Positions 39,226-52,306 are shown, counted from the stretch's first letter. The stretch is DNA of 64,000 bases from Marsupella aquatica (GCA_973895155.1 OZ316895.1:13067086-13131085), one strand, 5' to 3'. Numbers and translations: made by a program. Notes: generated by a model not told the origin, from the letters alone.

Positions 39226-40114
39226 CCCGCAACAATTTCTCTAAACACCTCCCAGAACTATTGGGCTATAAAAATGGATCCATGTGAATACTGTATACCA
39301 TCCCAGCCTGGAGATCAAGCAGACTGGGGACAAAGAATAAGTGCAATTCTTGATTGCCAGTAACTCTCAAAGCTGGCATTTCAGCTGAAGCTCTCAACAC
39401 TCTTATGCGCTACATGAGCTATGTCATTGCTGTCCGAGGAGAGACCTGAGGACAGACTGGATTTGTCGTCAATGTCATCCGTGGAAGCACTAATTGTGGT
39501 TCTCGTCCTGTCTACTAAGTAATAATCTGTGCACCAGTGGTCCTAACATATTATGGACCAATCGATGGTGACTCGAACTCTCAATCTAGAATCGTAGATT
39601 GGTAAATAATGGACTACAGGCCTACAATTATCTACAATTGTAATGAGCGTCTATCCACACACGCACGTATGTACAAAGTGTTGAACGTGCAGTAGTCTGC
39701 ACCGATTGCATACCTCCCGTGTTCCACTGGCCGGCATCCTCCGGAAAGAGAAAGACTACTCTTGGCACTTGAAAGTTGAAACACTGGAAAGACGGAACGG
39801 AAATCTGTCCTGTAAGATAAGTGTGCAATCGTTCCCCTGATGAAGAAGACCCACCCAGCTAGAACAGAGCAACACCCATGTCTGGTCAACCGGAGCAGGT
39901 CGGCAGTGCTGGTACCTCGCTGAAGAACTCTCCACTCGAATCGCTGTGTGATGGACTGACCAATTCACTCATTGCATCCGGAGCTCAGGAGCTGAAACTG
40001 ATAATAACTTCAGTCACTATATCGAGAGCTTATTCGTCAATATAAGATATCTAAGAGGAGGTATTACGCACACCGTACCATACCATACTCAGTAGCAAAT
40101 GGCAGGTCACGGTA

Positions 40115-43100
40115 TCAAATCGTGATCATGTGCACATTGTTCATTTGGTAAACATCCAAGTTGTTGACATGGATTGGAGTACTTCCGTTGTTGAAGAGGA
40201 AGAGATGCGAGTTCTCTTTGAGAGCTACTGTGGGGTACACCCTCGATGTCACCGCCTGCCTGCCGCCTTGCACAAAGGTCTCAACGATGGAGTGATCCAG
40301 CTGCATTTCAAAACAGCCATTAAAATATGAGTGACTAATTCAGCATATCTCACGACGAAACCAGCTCGAGTCACTATCGAATGTGAAAAATGTCCGAATC
40401 TCTCTGAAATGAAACCTATCCTCGTGACCGTAATGAGAGTGATTTTAAAGCTGAAACCACGTCAAGTCCAGAAAAGTAGATTCTATGACTCTAAATCAGC
40501 CGTACTCACCAGCACACGCATGGAGAGTTCGGTTTCCGTTGCCAAGACAGTGACAAAGCTGCCGTAGACAGTTTTGTCGATATCTGTCGCCAGAGAAGAT
40601 CTGCTCTGGTCGCTGCACACAATGGTAGACCACTGTCCGTTATCCTGGGCAGCAATGTAGAAGAAAACTGCGGTCTGCTCAAGCTGTGCATCGTCGGTGT
40701 GGACTAGAAATCCGAAGGGCCCAAATATCCCCTTCTGTGTCGACCCTCCTTGGCTGCAATCGAAGATCTCGGGATTCACGTTTCCGACGGCATAAACGTC
40801 CGGCTTTTCAAATGAAATCTCAATATCCAACTGCAAAACATACAGGAGTCACGAAACTTGTTAGATTTATTTTAAGAAATTCCATCTGGTATTGAACAAT
40901 CAGTCAATAACACTGGTCACCGGCCCACACGCTGATCACAAAAAGATTTCCAAAACATAGCGTGTCTAATGTTCCTGTTGTCAACTAAACAAGCAATCGC
41001 TGCGACAGAAATGTGACAATCTGTAAAGAGATGATGTTATCTACTCGCACACATACCTGAGATCCATCACCTCCTTCGACTTTGAGGACATCCCCCTCCT
41101 TCAAGGTAATGTTTTGGTAGGAAGCCTTGGCTCCACGCAAGTTGTTGACCTCCTCTACTGGCCATGTCAGCAAATTCTTCTGGGTCTTGTCGTCCAACCA
41201 AATTGTCCTTGGAATTGCCTGTCCAATCCGTCCAGGGTTAATTATCACCTAGCATAAACATGACCAGCACATACCATATATCTCTCCACACAAACTGGAG
41301 TAAAATTGTTGGCAATTTTCAAGCTATTTTGTCAGAATCCAATCCATAATTAAGCACACAATCAGAAACAATAGATAGGACAACTTGTCAACCTTGGTCG
41401 GGATCTGAAAGAGAAGTAGGTGCTCTACCTGAACGGAAGCCCACCCCTTGATGATGTCGTCTTCTTGAGTATCATCCTCACTGACCCAGCTCCACAAGAT
41501 GCGTCTGCCGGTGCTGGGGTCGTAGAAAGTCTTCGAGGCATAGAATTTTCCGTAATCGTACCGGTAGCCCTTGCCAACGTCCAGAGCAGGGTCATCAACA
41601 GTAAACTCGTGGGTCTCGGTGGAGTAAGTACCAATGGTGTAGTAATCTTGACCAATTGCGTCCAAACTGGCCTTCAAGACGTACTTGTACGAGTCCAAGT
41701 AGGTCTCTGGTCCCATCTTGGGGTGATCAATTTTCTCGACTGCTACTTCGGGTTTGTAACTGACTGGAAAGAAGTCCACACACTCCCACATCCCTGTGCC
41801 ATCAACCTTGTGCAAGTAGTTGGGAGCCAAATCCCACTCGGAGAAATCAGTGCTGCTGTACAGAAGAGACATTCCATCCTTAGTTCCGTCTGCTTGGTCC
41901 AACTTCGTTCCAATAATCAGCCTCCACAATCCATCAGCCTCCAGCCAGGCAGTCGTGGGGTCTCTGAAATCGTCCCTCTTGTAGCCCGCAGGGGTCTCCA
42001 GGATCGGATTGTTGTCCGCCTTCCTCCATTTCCTCAGCAATGGGTCCGAGAGGTCCACTGGGTAGGCCAGAGCTTGGGATTGGATACTGACGCCTGCCTC
42101 CGTTCGCCCGCCGGTGTAGCTGAGCACTGGAGTTCCATCTTTCAAGATTGTTGCAGAGCCAGACCACACACCATCGGCATCGTACCACTGGTCCGCATAC
42201 AGCGCCACCTCGAGGTAGGTCCAGTCAACCAAATCTGTTGACACTGCATGGCCCCAGGAGATATTGCCCCAGACGGCTGCGTTGGGGTTGTACTGGTAGA
42301 AGAAATGGTAGTAGCCTCCGTAGTACATAGGAGCTGCACAGTCGGAGAAAGCAAGATCAGTACGCCAATTACGTCATTTGTTACACTGCACTAAGACGTT
42401 TTCTCGAGTTCTAGGGGGGCACATTTCGTGAGAGAACAATGAGACGTGCGTGTGGTGCGAAGCCGGTAGCTTTAGTCTCAATAGATTAGTAGAGAGATAG
42501 GTGCATGCCAGAGCAAACTCCACTTGGCAAATTCAGAAACGGAGAGACCTAATAACGAATCGGGGAAAGACTACGGAATCATGACAGAAGCCCTTCGAGA
42601 TTACCGATCAAAAATTCCGAAAGGTCTGTGGCAAATGGAAACTAACAAGGGAGGATGAGTATGGCAGATTCGGAGATTCGAAGTGCCCAATTCAATTTAC
42701 TGGACTACTATGAATTAAACTAAGGTGAATACCATAAAATGGCGTGAAACCAGAGTTACAGATAGAGGAGAAAAAGGGGTGATTGGATAGCTGGGGAACT
42801 CTTTCCTTACTCTATTTCGGAACTGGCCATACTGAAGATATGGAGCAGACTGTCACTGCGTACAAAGAAAGACAACGAAAGAAAGAAATAAAGAAAAATC
42901 GGATTTGATGCTCACCATTGGGATCTGTTGACAGGAGCAAGTGAGCGCACATCCCCATATGACAGAAGCCAAACAAGAAGAGAAACTTCATCAGCCACAT
43001 CAATCTCTGCCATCCATGCTATAGAAATCACAACGTCGTGACAAAGGAATAACCAAGGGAAAAAGAATGCCAGTTGCTTAAATCAGCCGCCGAGTAGAAG

Positions 43101-43618
43101 CGCAGCTTAAATTGACAGTGAAATATACTGTAAGTTGCCAAAAATTGACCATCAATTGTACGTGCAAATTGGAATGTGGAATGTGGCCTACCGTTCATCC
43201 AGTTCTTCTCAGGCTGGAAGTGGAAAGCCGTTTTGGAAGCTTTGTAGAAAGCAGCATTCTCACTGCCTCCGTTAGCAGCACCAACCCCGACCCTCCATGC
43301 TGATTTCTCGACCTGAATCTGGGGGTCCGGAGCAGAAGCCTTCTGCAGGCTTGAATTGTATGAAATCGCTGCTCCACTCACGAACAGGATGGTGGCAATG
43401 CAGCAAATCGAGATGGCCAGGACGCCCGTCCAGCCGTTACTCTTCCGCTGAGAAGAAGCCGCACCGTCGTTGGAAGCGTTTGCTGCTGCTCCTTCTGCCT
43501 CGGACGCGGGTGCTGCACAGTAGTCCTCATTTACGCGTGAAATCCTTGCAGTTGCTCCGCTCTCGATATCGTGCGATTGTTGGACTAACAACGGCGCTTG
43601 TATCTCAGAATTCCCCAT
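40115..43618 (-). CDS. Vacuolar-type acid beta-fructofuranosidase (invertase), glycoside hydrolase family 32, copy A; 669 aa, 6 exons
   Basis: Exons 43618-43192, 42924-42916 (9-nt DPN mini-exon), 42333-41429, 41218-41057, 40830-40510 and 40300-40115. Motifs: [39 protein letters not shown] (vacuolar Val), [15 protein letters not shown]-terminal transmembrane segment present. Confidence 0.96.
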
Positions 43619-44560
43619 GTTTGTTATCAGAAGGGACCAATATATGTCGAAGAATTGGGTAAACAAAATTTACTGTGTCTCCTCTCCTCTCGTCAAGCAG
43701 GTTCCTTCGTGTTCTGCCGGATTAGATTGCGTAACATGTCACTAACGTCAAACTCTTTCAGAACTGACAACAACTTAGCACTACCGATGCTCCAATGCTG
43801 CTTGATTGGCTGCTACTGCAAACGCATCTCTCACTGGAGTGCTCTCCCACACTTTGATGGTGGAACTAATGCCGGACTGCTGGGATCTTATGCAGCCAGG
43901 AAGTGAGCGATGGGCCCGTGAAGAAATTGTTTGAGAGAAGAAAAATGAAAATGTACAGCACACCTATTGCTAGATGATAATAGCAACGGGGAAGACCTAT
44001 CGTAACCTCGATCAGCCCACACGGCCAGACAATTTTTCTGGTGGAACGATCTGTGAGTAATCCTGAAGCAAGTCAATATTCCATTCCTCTGCGTCACTCG
44101 GCAACTACCGTATATCGACCAAGGCACGGTTGATTAGTTAATTGGCTGCATATCTAAATAACGCCTGGATAAGTTTTCCTTGCATTACACGAATTTGCGT
44201 TGGGTTTCGTCCGCAGTGCAGTAACTTGACTGAGTAGTATTCAGAAAGTCAATTCCAAACTCCGCAAGTCATTCGGTCCGAGCTCGAGAGCCACGAGAGA
44301 AGCTTGCAGGAGCAGCAGCGTCCCGCACTCCCAGTCCCATCCCAAGCGGCTTCGTAACTTCCTTCGTTCAACGTCGGCGGCTCAGCTAGCACGGTTATGG
44401 TGTTCCCTTCTCATCAGTGGCCCCACAACAACATATCCGTGTCCGAGCTTGATCAGGATTCACGAAGTTACGTGACTCCCTCTACGAATAAGTGCTGCAA
44501 CTGCACTGTTGACCACGTCTCGTCACGTTTCAGCGTTCCTGACTTTCCCTGAAATGTTTT

Positions 44561-44950
44561 CAGAGGCGTCTGTGTAAATTGAACAGCTGAATCTGTGACT
44601 TTTGCTATCGTTTTGTGATGGTAGGGACACAAAAAGGCATCGCCAATGGGAATCGAGCAGTTTAGTCTGTCACTTCGCCTTCGTTTTGGGTTTGTACAAA
44701 CTCAAATCGCGTCATGGTCACTCACAGAAACCTCCTCTGTTGACACACAAGAGAGAAGGTCAGAGGCGTCTGTGTAAATTGAACAGCTGAATCTGTAACT
44801 TCGCTTTCGTTTCGGGTTTATTGGTAGGACCCAAAGGCATCGCCAGTGGGAATCGAGCAGTTCAGTATATCACTTCGCCATCGTTTTGGGTATGTAGAAA
44901 CTCAAACGCGTATTGCTCACTCGCAGAAATCCTCTTCTGTTGACACAAAA
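44561..44950. repeat. 200 bp tandem duplication upstream of invertase copy A
   Basis: CAGAGGCGTCTGTGTAAATTGAACAGCTGAATCTGT occurs at 44561 and 44761, with similarity along the whole unit. Only one diverged inverted copy exists upstream of copy B (~47655-47790). Confidence 0.88.
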
Positions 44951-45190
44951 CAGAAACGATAACTCTAAGATAAAATAACGACCGCCAACGACCGCGCCGA
45001 TCGAGTCCACTATTCGATCTTCATCAGTTCCTTCTCCTCTCGCATGTCGACGTGATGGTCCAGTTTCCATGGCGTTGAATGGTTTTCCAGGTCTTCGGAT
45101 TGAAATTTGACCCACGGACTGTATCCGTTAGTATTTTAACGGGGGCCATTCTGCCGCCGGGGAAATTGTCGTCTGGGATGGTTCTCGGCA

Positions 45191-46422
45191 AAGTCGGCTC
45201 TCTCTAAGCGCACACTACCCCATAAGCGCAAAAACGGACTTAGTGCAAGGCATCCTGTTCTTCCCTTTTATTTTACTTTTATTTTCCACTGAAGTTGCAC
45301 TTTGTTGTATTTTTTTATGTGCAAACAGGCCTTGGATCACTGTTCTTCCCTATTATTTTACTTTTATTTTACACGGAGGTTGCACTTTGTTGTATCCTTT
45401 TTATGTGCAAACAGGCCTGGAATCACTTTGCTGAAAGACAACCTCATAAGTGAAAAGCCCTCGTTAATTGCATTTTGTACTCTACTATGAATGTGTGTGC
45501 ACTTATCAGTAAGCGCAAAGTCCCATTAGATTGCTTTTATTCAGAAGCGGACATCCATTTGTAGTAGGGGAAAAATGTACTTATGGCGCTGGACACAGAT
45601 TTAGGGCAGGGGTGTACAATTTGTGTAACAAGTCAAGAGACTGCTCACAGTTGGAGGGGTTTTGCACTTATCAAGGCATGCAGAAACAGGTTTATTGCAC
45701 ACCAGATCCGTCTTCCAAAGAGGTGTGCACTTAGATGAATTAAGTGTGGCTACGCATAGGGTCTAAGCATGTGCACATGGGGAAAAAGCATGCCCAAGGG
45801 CTAGGAGGTGACTAGGATGGGTAATGGTTTTGCTGCCCCCAAGTTCATGTAAAGTGAAATCTTGCCACATTCAATGGCCAGGATTACATTTCACACATAG
45901 CACAATAACAGCACAAAAACAAAAGCAAGGCAAGGCTAGTCGTATGATACATTAGCCCTTCCGCCATAGCCCAGATTGGGCTAAAGATGACTGTACAGTC
46001 AGCTTGCCTTAACTGAAACCTGGATAAATACAAGGACTCATGCTATTCCCTTTTTTTTAACACAGAGTTTACACTTTTGTTGCACCTTTGTAAGTGCAAA
46101 CAGTCCTGAAATATTTTTCTAAACAACAACTTTATAAGTGAAAAACCTTGATAATTGTAATGTACACTTACCTGAAAGCTCACAATTCCACCATTGCATT
46201 TGCTCATACGTGCATGCCCCGGGCTAGTAGAGTAAAAAATGCTCTTATAGAGTAGGGCACCAAATCTAGGGCAGATATGTATAATTTGGGTTGCAAGTCA
46301 CAAGACTGCTTACTAATGGAGGGTGCACTCTTACCATTAAGTGCACAATTCTACAGGTTTGCAGTTATCAGAGGTAGACAGTACAAACCCCCATTTAGTG
46401 CACACTTATAGAGAGTTAACTG
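45191..46422. mobile_element. Putative non-autonomous DNA transposon (Tc1/mariner-pogo-like ends) in the palindrome spacer
   Basis: Imperfect terminal inverted repeats: left AAGTCGGCTCTCTCTAAGCGCACACTA; right, reverse-complemented, CAGTTAACTCTCTATAAGTGTGCACTA, flanked by TA. Internal diverged direct repeat (~45365-45660 vs ~46050-46325) and an ~84 bp tandem duplication near 45256-45420. No transposase ORF. Confidence 0.45.
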
Positions 46423-47104
46423 TATCACTTTGGTCAATCAATAGCACCTGTACAGGTAGCAGAGCTACTAAGTAGAGTATAGTCAAACCGACAACCATAC
46501 TGGTGACTTGACAGCAGGTCATTGGGTTTCATCTTATCAACCTGATATATGTGGAGGGAAGACATGATTTGTAACTACCAGGCCCTCAAGGGAGAAAAAA
46601 GTCTCAAGTCTCAAACTAATCAAAATCAGTACATGTGTTTATAGTGTTTGGCATCATTTATTTAAATAGACCCATAACCTGAAGAGACAAATTCAAACAA
46701 AATTTAAGGAGACCAATTCCAGTAATAGTAGACAAGCAAACCTAGCTCCATGCAATAGCCCCTTGGTAAAGTCAATTATCTGGAATCTAACTACTGTATA
46801 TAATTGGGATGGGAAGCTACTCTTCAGGTCCTATTGTCTAGAGTGTAACCTCTAGACACACAATTGATAACAAATCAGCAGCATGTAGCTAGTAGGACTA
46901 CATAGATTTCGAAGTTAATAACCAAACATGCATCGATAATCTAATTTTACACATCATTTTAAAGCCACTGAACCTCTGGGCCTGCTTGGCCTGGGGATTA
47001 TGAAATTTGAATGAGAAATAGAGTAAAGTGCAAGTGACAAACACTGACTGATCAGACTCTTCTTATGTAAAATTGAATTGAATGCTATGTACAAATTATG
47101 TAAA

Positions 47105-47600
47105 ATATTCACTCAGGCTTTATGCTTGGCAACTCATCCCCACTTGAGTATAATGACTGTAATCTCTTTGGGCTCAGCACCCTCAGGGATTACAACCCAC
47201 TAGCTTAACTACCTGTTCCTTTAACATAAATAGAATTGAAAATTAAAAAAATAAAATCTAAAATAATCTATACACTTTTTGGTTATCTTTGCATACTTAT
47301 TTTTTTGTGCAACATTGAGATTTGTCTTATTGAGAGTCATTATACATTTAGTCCTTGTTTGAGTTAGGGTCTAGAGGCTTCACTCAAGACCCCCTAGCCC
47401 TTAAAAGTAACTTCTGTTTCCTATTATATAGTAAGAGTATTCCCTCTTTTATATAGTAAGATTATGCCCCCTTGGAGATGAATGCTGCGCAAAACTTCAC
47501 TCAGGCTTTACACTGTAACTCATTCCCACTTAGGGATCATGGCTATAACCCTCAGGCTCAGCGCTCTTGGGATTAGAGCCCATTATCCTTGGGGATGGAT
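47105..47600. repeat. Repeat-derived segment: ~95 bp direct repeats (47109, 47496) flanking the dispersed repeat shared with 23700-23885
   Basis: TTCACTCAGGCTTTA...AACTCAT.CCCACTT...GGCTCAGC.C...GGGATTA...CCCA.TA occurs twice, about 390 bp apart. Confidence 0.65.
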
Positions 47601-48806
47601 TACCCTACACGTTTTAGGTACAATGTTCCAACACGAGGATTTCCACGAGTGATCATGACGCGTTTGAGTTTCGAGAAACCCAAGCGAAGGCAAAGTAACA
47701 GATTAAACTGTTCGATATCCACTGGCGATGCCTTTGGGTCTATACAATATCATAAATAAACTGTAAAACAATGTCACAGATTCAGCTGTTCAACTCCCAA
47801 CATGACTCTCAGACTCTGAACCCGTTTGCCAAAACATTTCAGGGAAGTCAAGACGCGCTGAAACGGGATGAGACGATGTCAACAGTGTCGTTGCAGCACT
47901 TATTTGATGAGGGAGTCACGAAACTCTCCCAAGGAAGACCGATGTGAGTACGGATATGTTATTGTTTGTGCAAGCGAGAAGGGGACCACCATAACCATGG
48001 CAACTGAGCCGCCCGACGTTGTTGAACCAACCAAGGAACGAAGTTACGCTGCTGCTATCGCAAGGTTCTCTCGTGGATCTCGAGTCTCGAGTCTCGATTG
48101 TTTCGGACCGGATGCCCACAGTTTGGCTAGCTTGCGGAGAATGGCACTATTTAACTTTTTGATATGCTACCCAGTCAAGTTACTGCACTGCGGACGAAAT
48201 CCAACCTCTACTCGTGCAATGCAAGGAATAGCTTCTCCCCGCATTATAATAAGCAACTAATCAACCAATCAACCAATCAACAGTGGCTTGGTCGATATCC
48301 GGTAGTTGCCGAGTGATCCGGTAGTTGCCGAGTGATGCATAGGAATGGAATGTTGACATGCTTCTGGATTCCTCACTGCTAGTTCCACCAGGAAAATGTC
48401 AGGCTGTGTACGTAGGCTGAGGATACGATAGGTCTTCCACGTTGCTATTATTATCCAGCAATAGGTGTGCGTACATTTTTCCTTTCTTTCTCTCAATTTC
48501 TTCATGGACCCATCGCTCACTTCCTGGCTGTATAAGATCCCAGCAGTTCGGCATTAGTTCCACAATCGAAGTGTGGGAGCGCAGTCCAGCGAGACATGCG
48601 TTCGCAGTAGCAGCCAAGCAAGCAGCATTAGTGCATCGGTAGTGCTAAGTTGTTGTCAGTTCTGAAAGAGTTCGACGATACTGTTGTGTTACAGAATCTA
48701 AGCGAGCAGAACACGAAGGAACCTTCTTGAGGAGACGAGAAGAGAGGAGAGGAGAAGAAAATTTGTTTCCCAATCTTCAATCAGTGGTCCATTCTGATAA
48801 CAAATA

Positions 48807-51800
48807 ATGGGGAACTCTGAGATACAAGCGCCGTTGTTAGTCCAACAATCGCACGATATCGAGAGCGGAGCAACTGCAAGGATTTCACGCGTAAATGAGG
48901 ACTACTGTGCAGCACCCGGGTCCGAGGCAGAAGGAGCAGCAGCAAACGCTTCCAACGACGGTGCGGCTTCTTCTCAGCGGAAGAGTAACGGCTGGACGGG
49001 CGTCCTGGCCATCTCGATTTGCTGCATTGCCACCATCCTGTTCGTGAGTGGAGCAGCGATTTCATACAATTCAAGCCTGCAGAAGGCTTCTGCTCCGGAC
49101 CCCCAGATTCAGGTCGAGAAATCAGCATGGAGGGTCGGGGTTGGTGCTGCTAACGGAGGCAGTGAGAATGCTGCTTTCTACAAAGCTTCCAAAACGGCTT
49201 TCCACTTCCAGCCTGAGAAGAACTGGATGAACGGTAGGCCACATTCCACATTCCAATTTGCACGTACAATTGATGGTCAATTTTTGGCAACTTACAGTAT
49301 ATTTCACTGTCAATTTAAGCTGCGCTTCTACTCGGCGGCTGATTTAAGCAACTGGCATTCTTTTTCCCTTGGTTATTCCTTTGTCACGACGTTGTGATTT
49401 CTATAGCATGGATGGCAGAGATTGATGTGGCTGATGAAGTTTCTCTTCTTGTTTGGCTTCTGTCATATGGGGATGTGCGCTCACTTGCTCCTGTCAACAG
49501 ATCCCAATGGTGAGCATCAAATCCGATTTTTCTTTATTTCTTTCTTTCGTTGTCTTTCTTTGTACGCAGTGACAGTCTGCTCCATATCTTCAGTATGGCC
49601 AGTTCCGAAATAGAGTAAGGAAAGAGTTCCCCAGCTATCCAATCACCCCTTTTTCTCCTCTATCTGTAACTCTGGTTTCACGCCATTTTATGGTATTCAC
49701 CTTAGTTTAATTCATAGTAGTCCAGTAAATTGAATTGGGCACTTCGAATCTCCGAATCTGCCATACTCATCCTCCCTTGTTAGTTTCCATTTGCCACAGA
49801 CCTTTCGGAATTTTTGATCGGTAATCTCGAAGGGCTTCTGTCATGATTCCGTAGTCTTTCCCCGATTCGTTATTAGGTCTCTCCGTTTCTGAATTTGCCA
49901 AGTGGAGTTTGCTCTGGCATGCACCTATCTCTCTACTAATCTATTGAGACTAAAGCTACCGGCTTCGCACCACACGCACGTCTCATTGTTCTCTCACGAA
50001 ATGTGCCCCCCTAGAACTCGAGAAAACGTCTTAGTGCAGTGTAACAAATGACGTAATTGGCGTACTGATCTTGCTTTCTCCGACTGTGCAGCTCCTATGT
50101 ACTACGGAGGCTACTACCATTTCTTCTACCAGTACAACCCCAACGCAGCCGTCTGGGGCAATATCTCATGGGGCCATGCAGTGTCAACAGATTTGGTTGA
50201 CTGGACCTACCTCGAGGTGGCGCTGTATGCGGACCAGTGGTACGATGCCGATGGTGTGTGGTCTGGCTCTGCAACAATCTTGAAAGATGGAACTCCAGTG
50301 CTCAGCTACACCGGCGGGCGAACTGAGGCAGGCGTGAGTATCCAATCCCAAGCTCTGGCCTACCCAGTGGACCTCTCGGACCCATTGCTGAGGAAATGGA
50401 GGAAGGCGGACAACAATCCGATCCTGGAGACCCCTGCGGGCTACAAGAGGGACGATTTCAGAGACCCCACGACTGCCTGGCTGGAGGCTGATGGATTGTG
50501 GAGGCTGATTATTGGAACGAAGTTGGACCAAGCAGACGGAACTAAGGATGGAATGTCTCTTCTGTACAGCAGCACTGATTTCTCCGAGTGGGATTTGGCT
50601 CCCAACTACTTGCACAAGGTTGATGGCACAGGGATGTGGGAGTGTGTGGACTTCTTTCCAGTCAGTTACAAACCCGAAGTAGCAGTCGAGAAAATTGATC
50701 ACCCCAAGATGGGACCAGAGACCTACTTGGACTCGTACAAGTACGTCTTGAAGGCCAGTTTGGACGCAATTGGTCAAGATTACTACACCATTGGTACTTA
50801 CTCCACCGAGACCCACGAGTTTACTGTCGATGACCCTGCTCTGGACGTTGGCAAGGGCTACCGGTACGATTACGGAAAATTCTATGCCTCGAAGACTTTC
50901 TACGACCCCAGCACCGGCAGACGCATCTTGTGGAGCTGGGTCAGTGAGGATGATACTCAAGAAGACGACATCATCAAGGGGTGGGCTTCCGTTCAGGTAG
51001 AGCACCTACTTCTCTTTCAGATCCCGACCAAGGTTGACAAGTTGTCCTATCTATTGTTTCTGATTGTGTGCTTATGGATTGGATTCAGACAAAATAGCTT
51101 GAAAATTGCCAACAATTTTACTCCAGTTTGTGTGGAGAGATATATGGTATGTGCTGGTCATGTTTATGCTAGGTGCTAATTAACCCTGGACGGATTGGAC
51201 AGGCAATTCCAAGGACAATTTGGTTGGACGACAAGACCCAGAAGAATTTGCTGACATGGCCAGTAGAGGAGGTCAACAACTTGCGTGGAGCCAAGGCTTC
51301 CTACCAAAACATTACCTTGAAGGAGGGGGATGTCCTCAAAGTCGAAGGAGGTGATGGATCTCAGGTATGTGTGCGAGTAGATAACATCATCTCTTTACAG
51401 ATTGTCACATTTCTGTCGCAGCGATTGCTTGTTTAGTTGACAACAGGAACACTAGACACGCTATGTTTTGGAAATCTTTTTGTGATCAGCGTGTGGGCCG
51501 GTGACCAGTGTTATTGACTGATTGTTCAATACCAGATGGAATTTCTTAAAATAAATCTAACAAGTTTCGTGACTCCTGTATGTTTTGCAGTTGGATATTG
51601 AGATTTCATTTGAAAAGCCGGACGTTTATGCCGTCGGAAACGTGAATCCCGAGATCTTCGATTGCAGCCAAGGAGGGTCGACACAGAAGGGGATATTTGG
51701 GCCCTTCGGATTTCTAGTCCACACCGACGATGCACAGCTTGAGCAGACCGCAGTTTTCTTCTACATTGCTGCCCAGGATAACGGACAGTGGTCTACCATT

Positions 51801-52306
51801 GTGTGCAGCGACCAGAGCAGATCTTCTCTGGCGACAGATATCGACAAAACTGTCTACGGCAGCTTTGTCACTGTCTTGGCAACGGAAACCGAACTCTCCA
51901 TGCGTGTGCTGGTGAGTACGGCTGATTTAGAGTCATAGAATCTACTTTTCTGGACTTGACGTGGTTTCAGCTTTAAAATCACTCTCATTACGGTCACGAG
52001 GATAGGTTTCATTTCAGAGAGATTCGGACATTTTTCACATTCGATAGTGACTCGAGCTGGTTTCGTCGTGAGATATGCTGAATTAGTCACTCATATTTTA
52101 ATGGCTGTTTTGAAATGCAGCTGGATCACTCCATCGTTGAGACCTTTGTGCAAGGCGGCAGGCAGGCGGTGACATCGAGGGTGTACCCCACAGTAGCTCT
52201 CAAAGAGAACTCGCATCTCTTCCTCTTCAACAACGGAAGTACTCCAATCCATGTCAACAACTTGGATGTTTACCAAATGAACAATGTGCACATGATCACG
52301 ATTTGA
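48807..52306 (+). CDS. Vacuolar-type acid beta-fructofuranosidase (invertase), glycoside hydrolase family 32, copy B; 669 aa, 6 exons
   Basis: Exons 48807-49233, 49501-49509 (ATCCCAATG mini-exon), 50092-50996, 51203-51364, 51591-51911 and 52121-52306 total 2010 nt in frame. Same motifs as copy A. The only amino-acid difference I found is AAPASEA vs AAPGSEA in exon 1. Confidence 0.96.

Larger units (their letters stand above)
38964..43618 (-). repeat. Left arm of large inverted repeat (near-identical core)
   Basis: Reverse complement of 48807-53457; paired coordinates sum to 92425 or 92421 on either side of a 4-bp intron indel. Diverged homology extends outward to ~38150 and inward to ~44915. 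Confidence 0.97.

Noticed and set aside
41420-42241. 273 aa ORF on the opposite strand (mirror at 50184-51005)
   Set aside because: Antisense shadow of invertase exon 3; its duplication simply follows the inverted repeat.
43619-43666. N-terminal extension MFTQFF... of invertase copy A in the ORF track
   Set aside because: Starts at TTG, not ATG, and is not conserved in copy B; the real start is ATG 43618.
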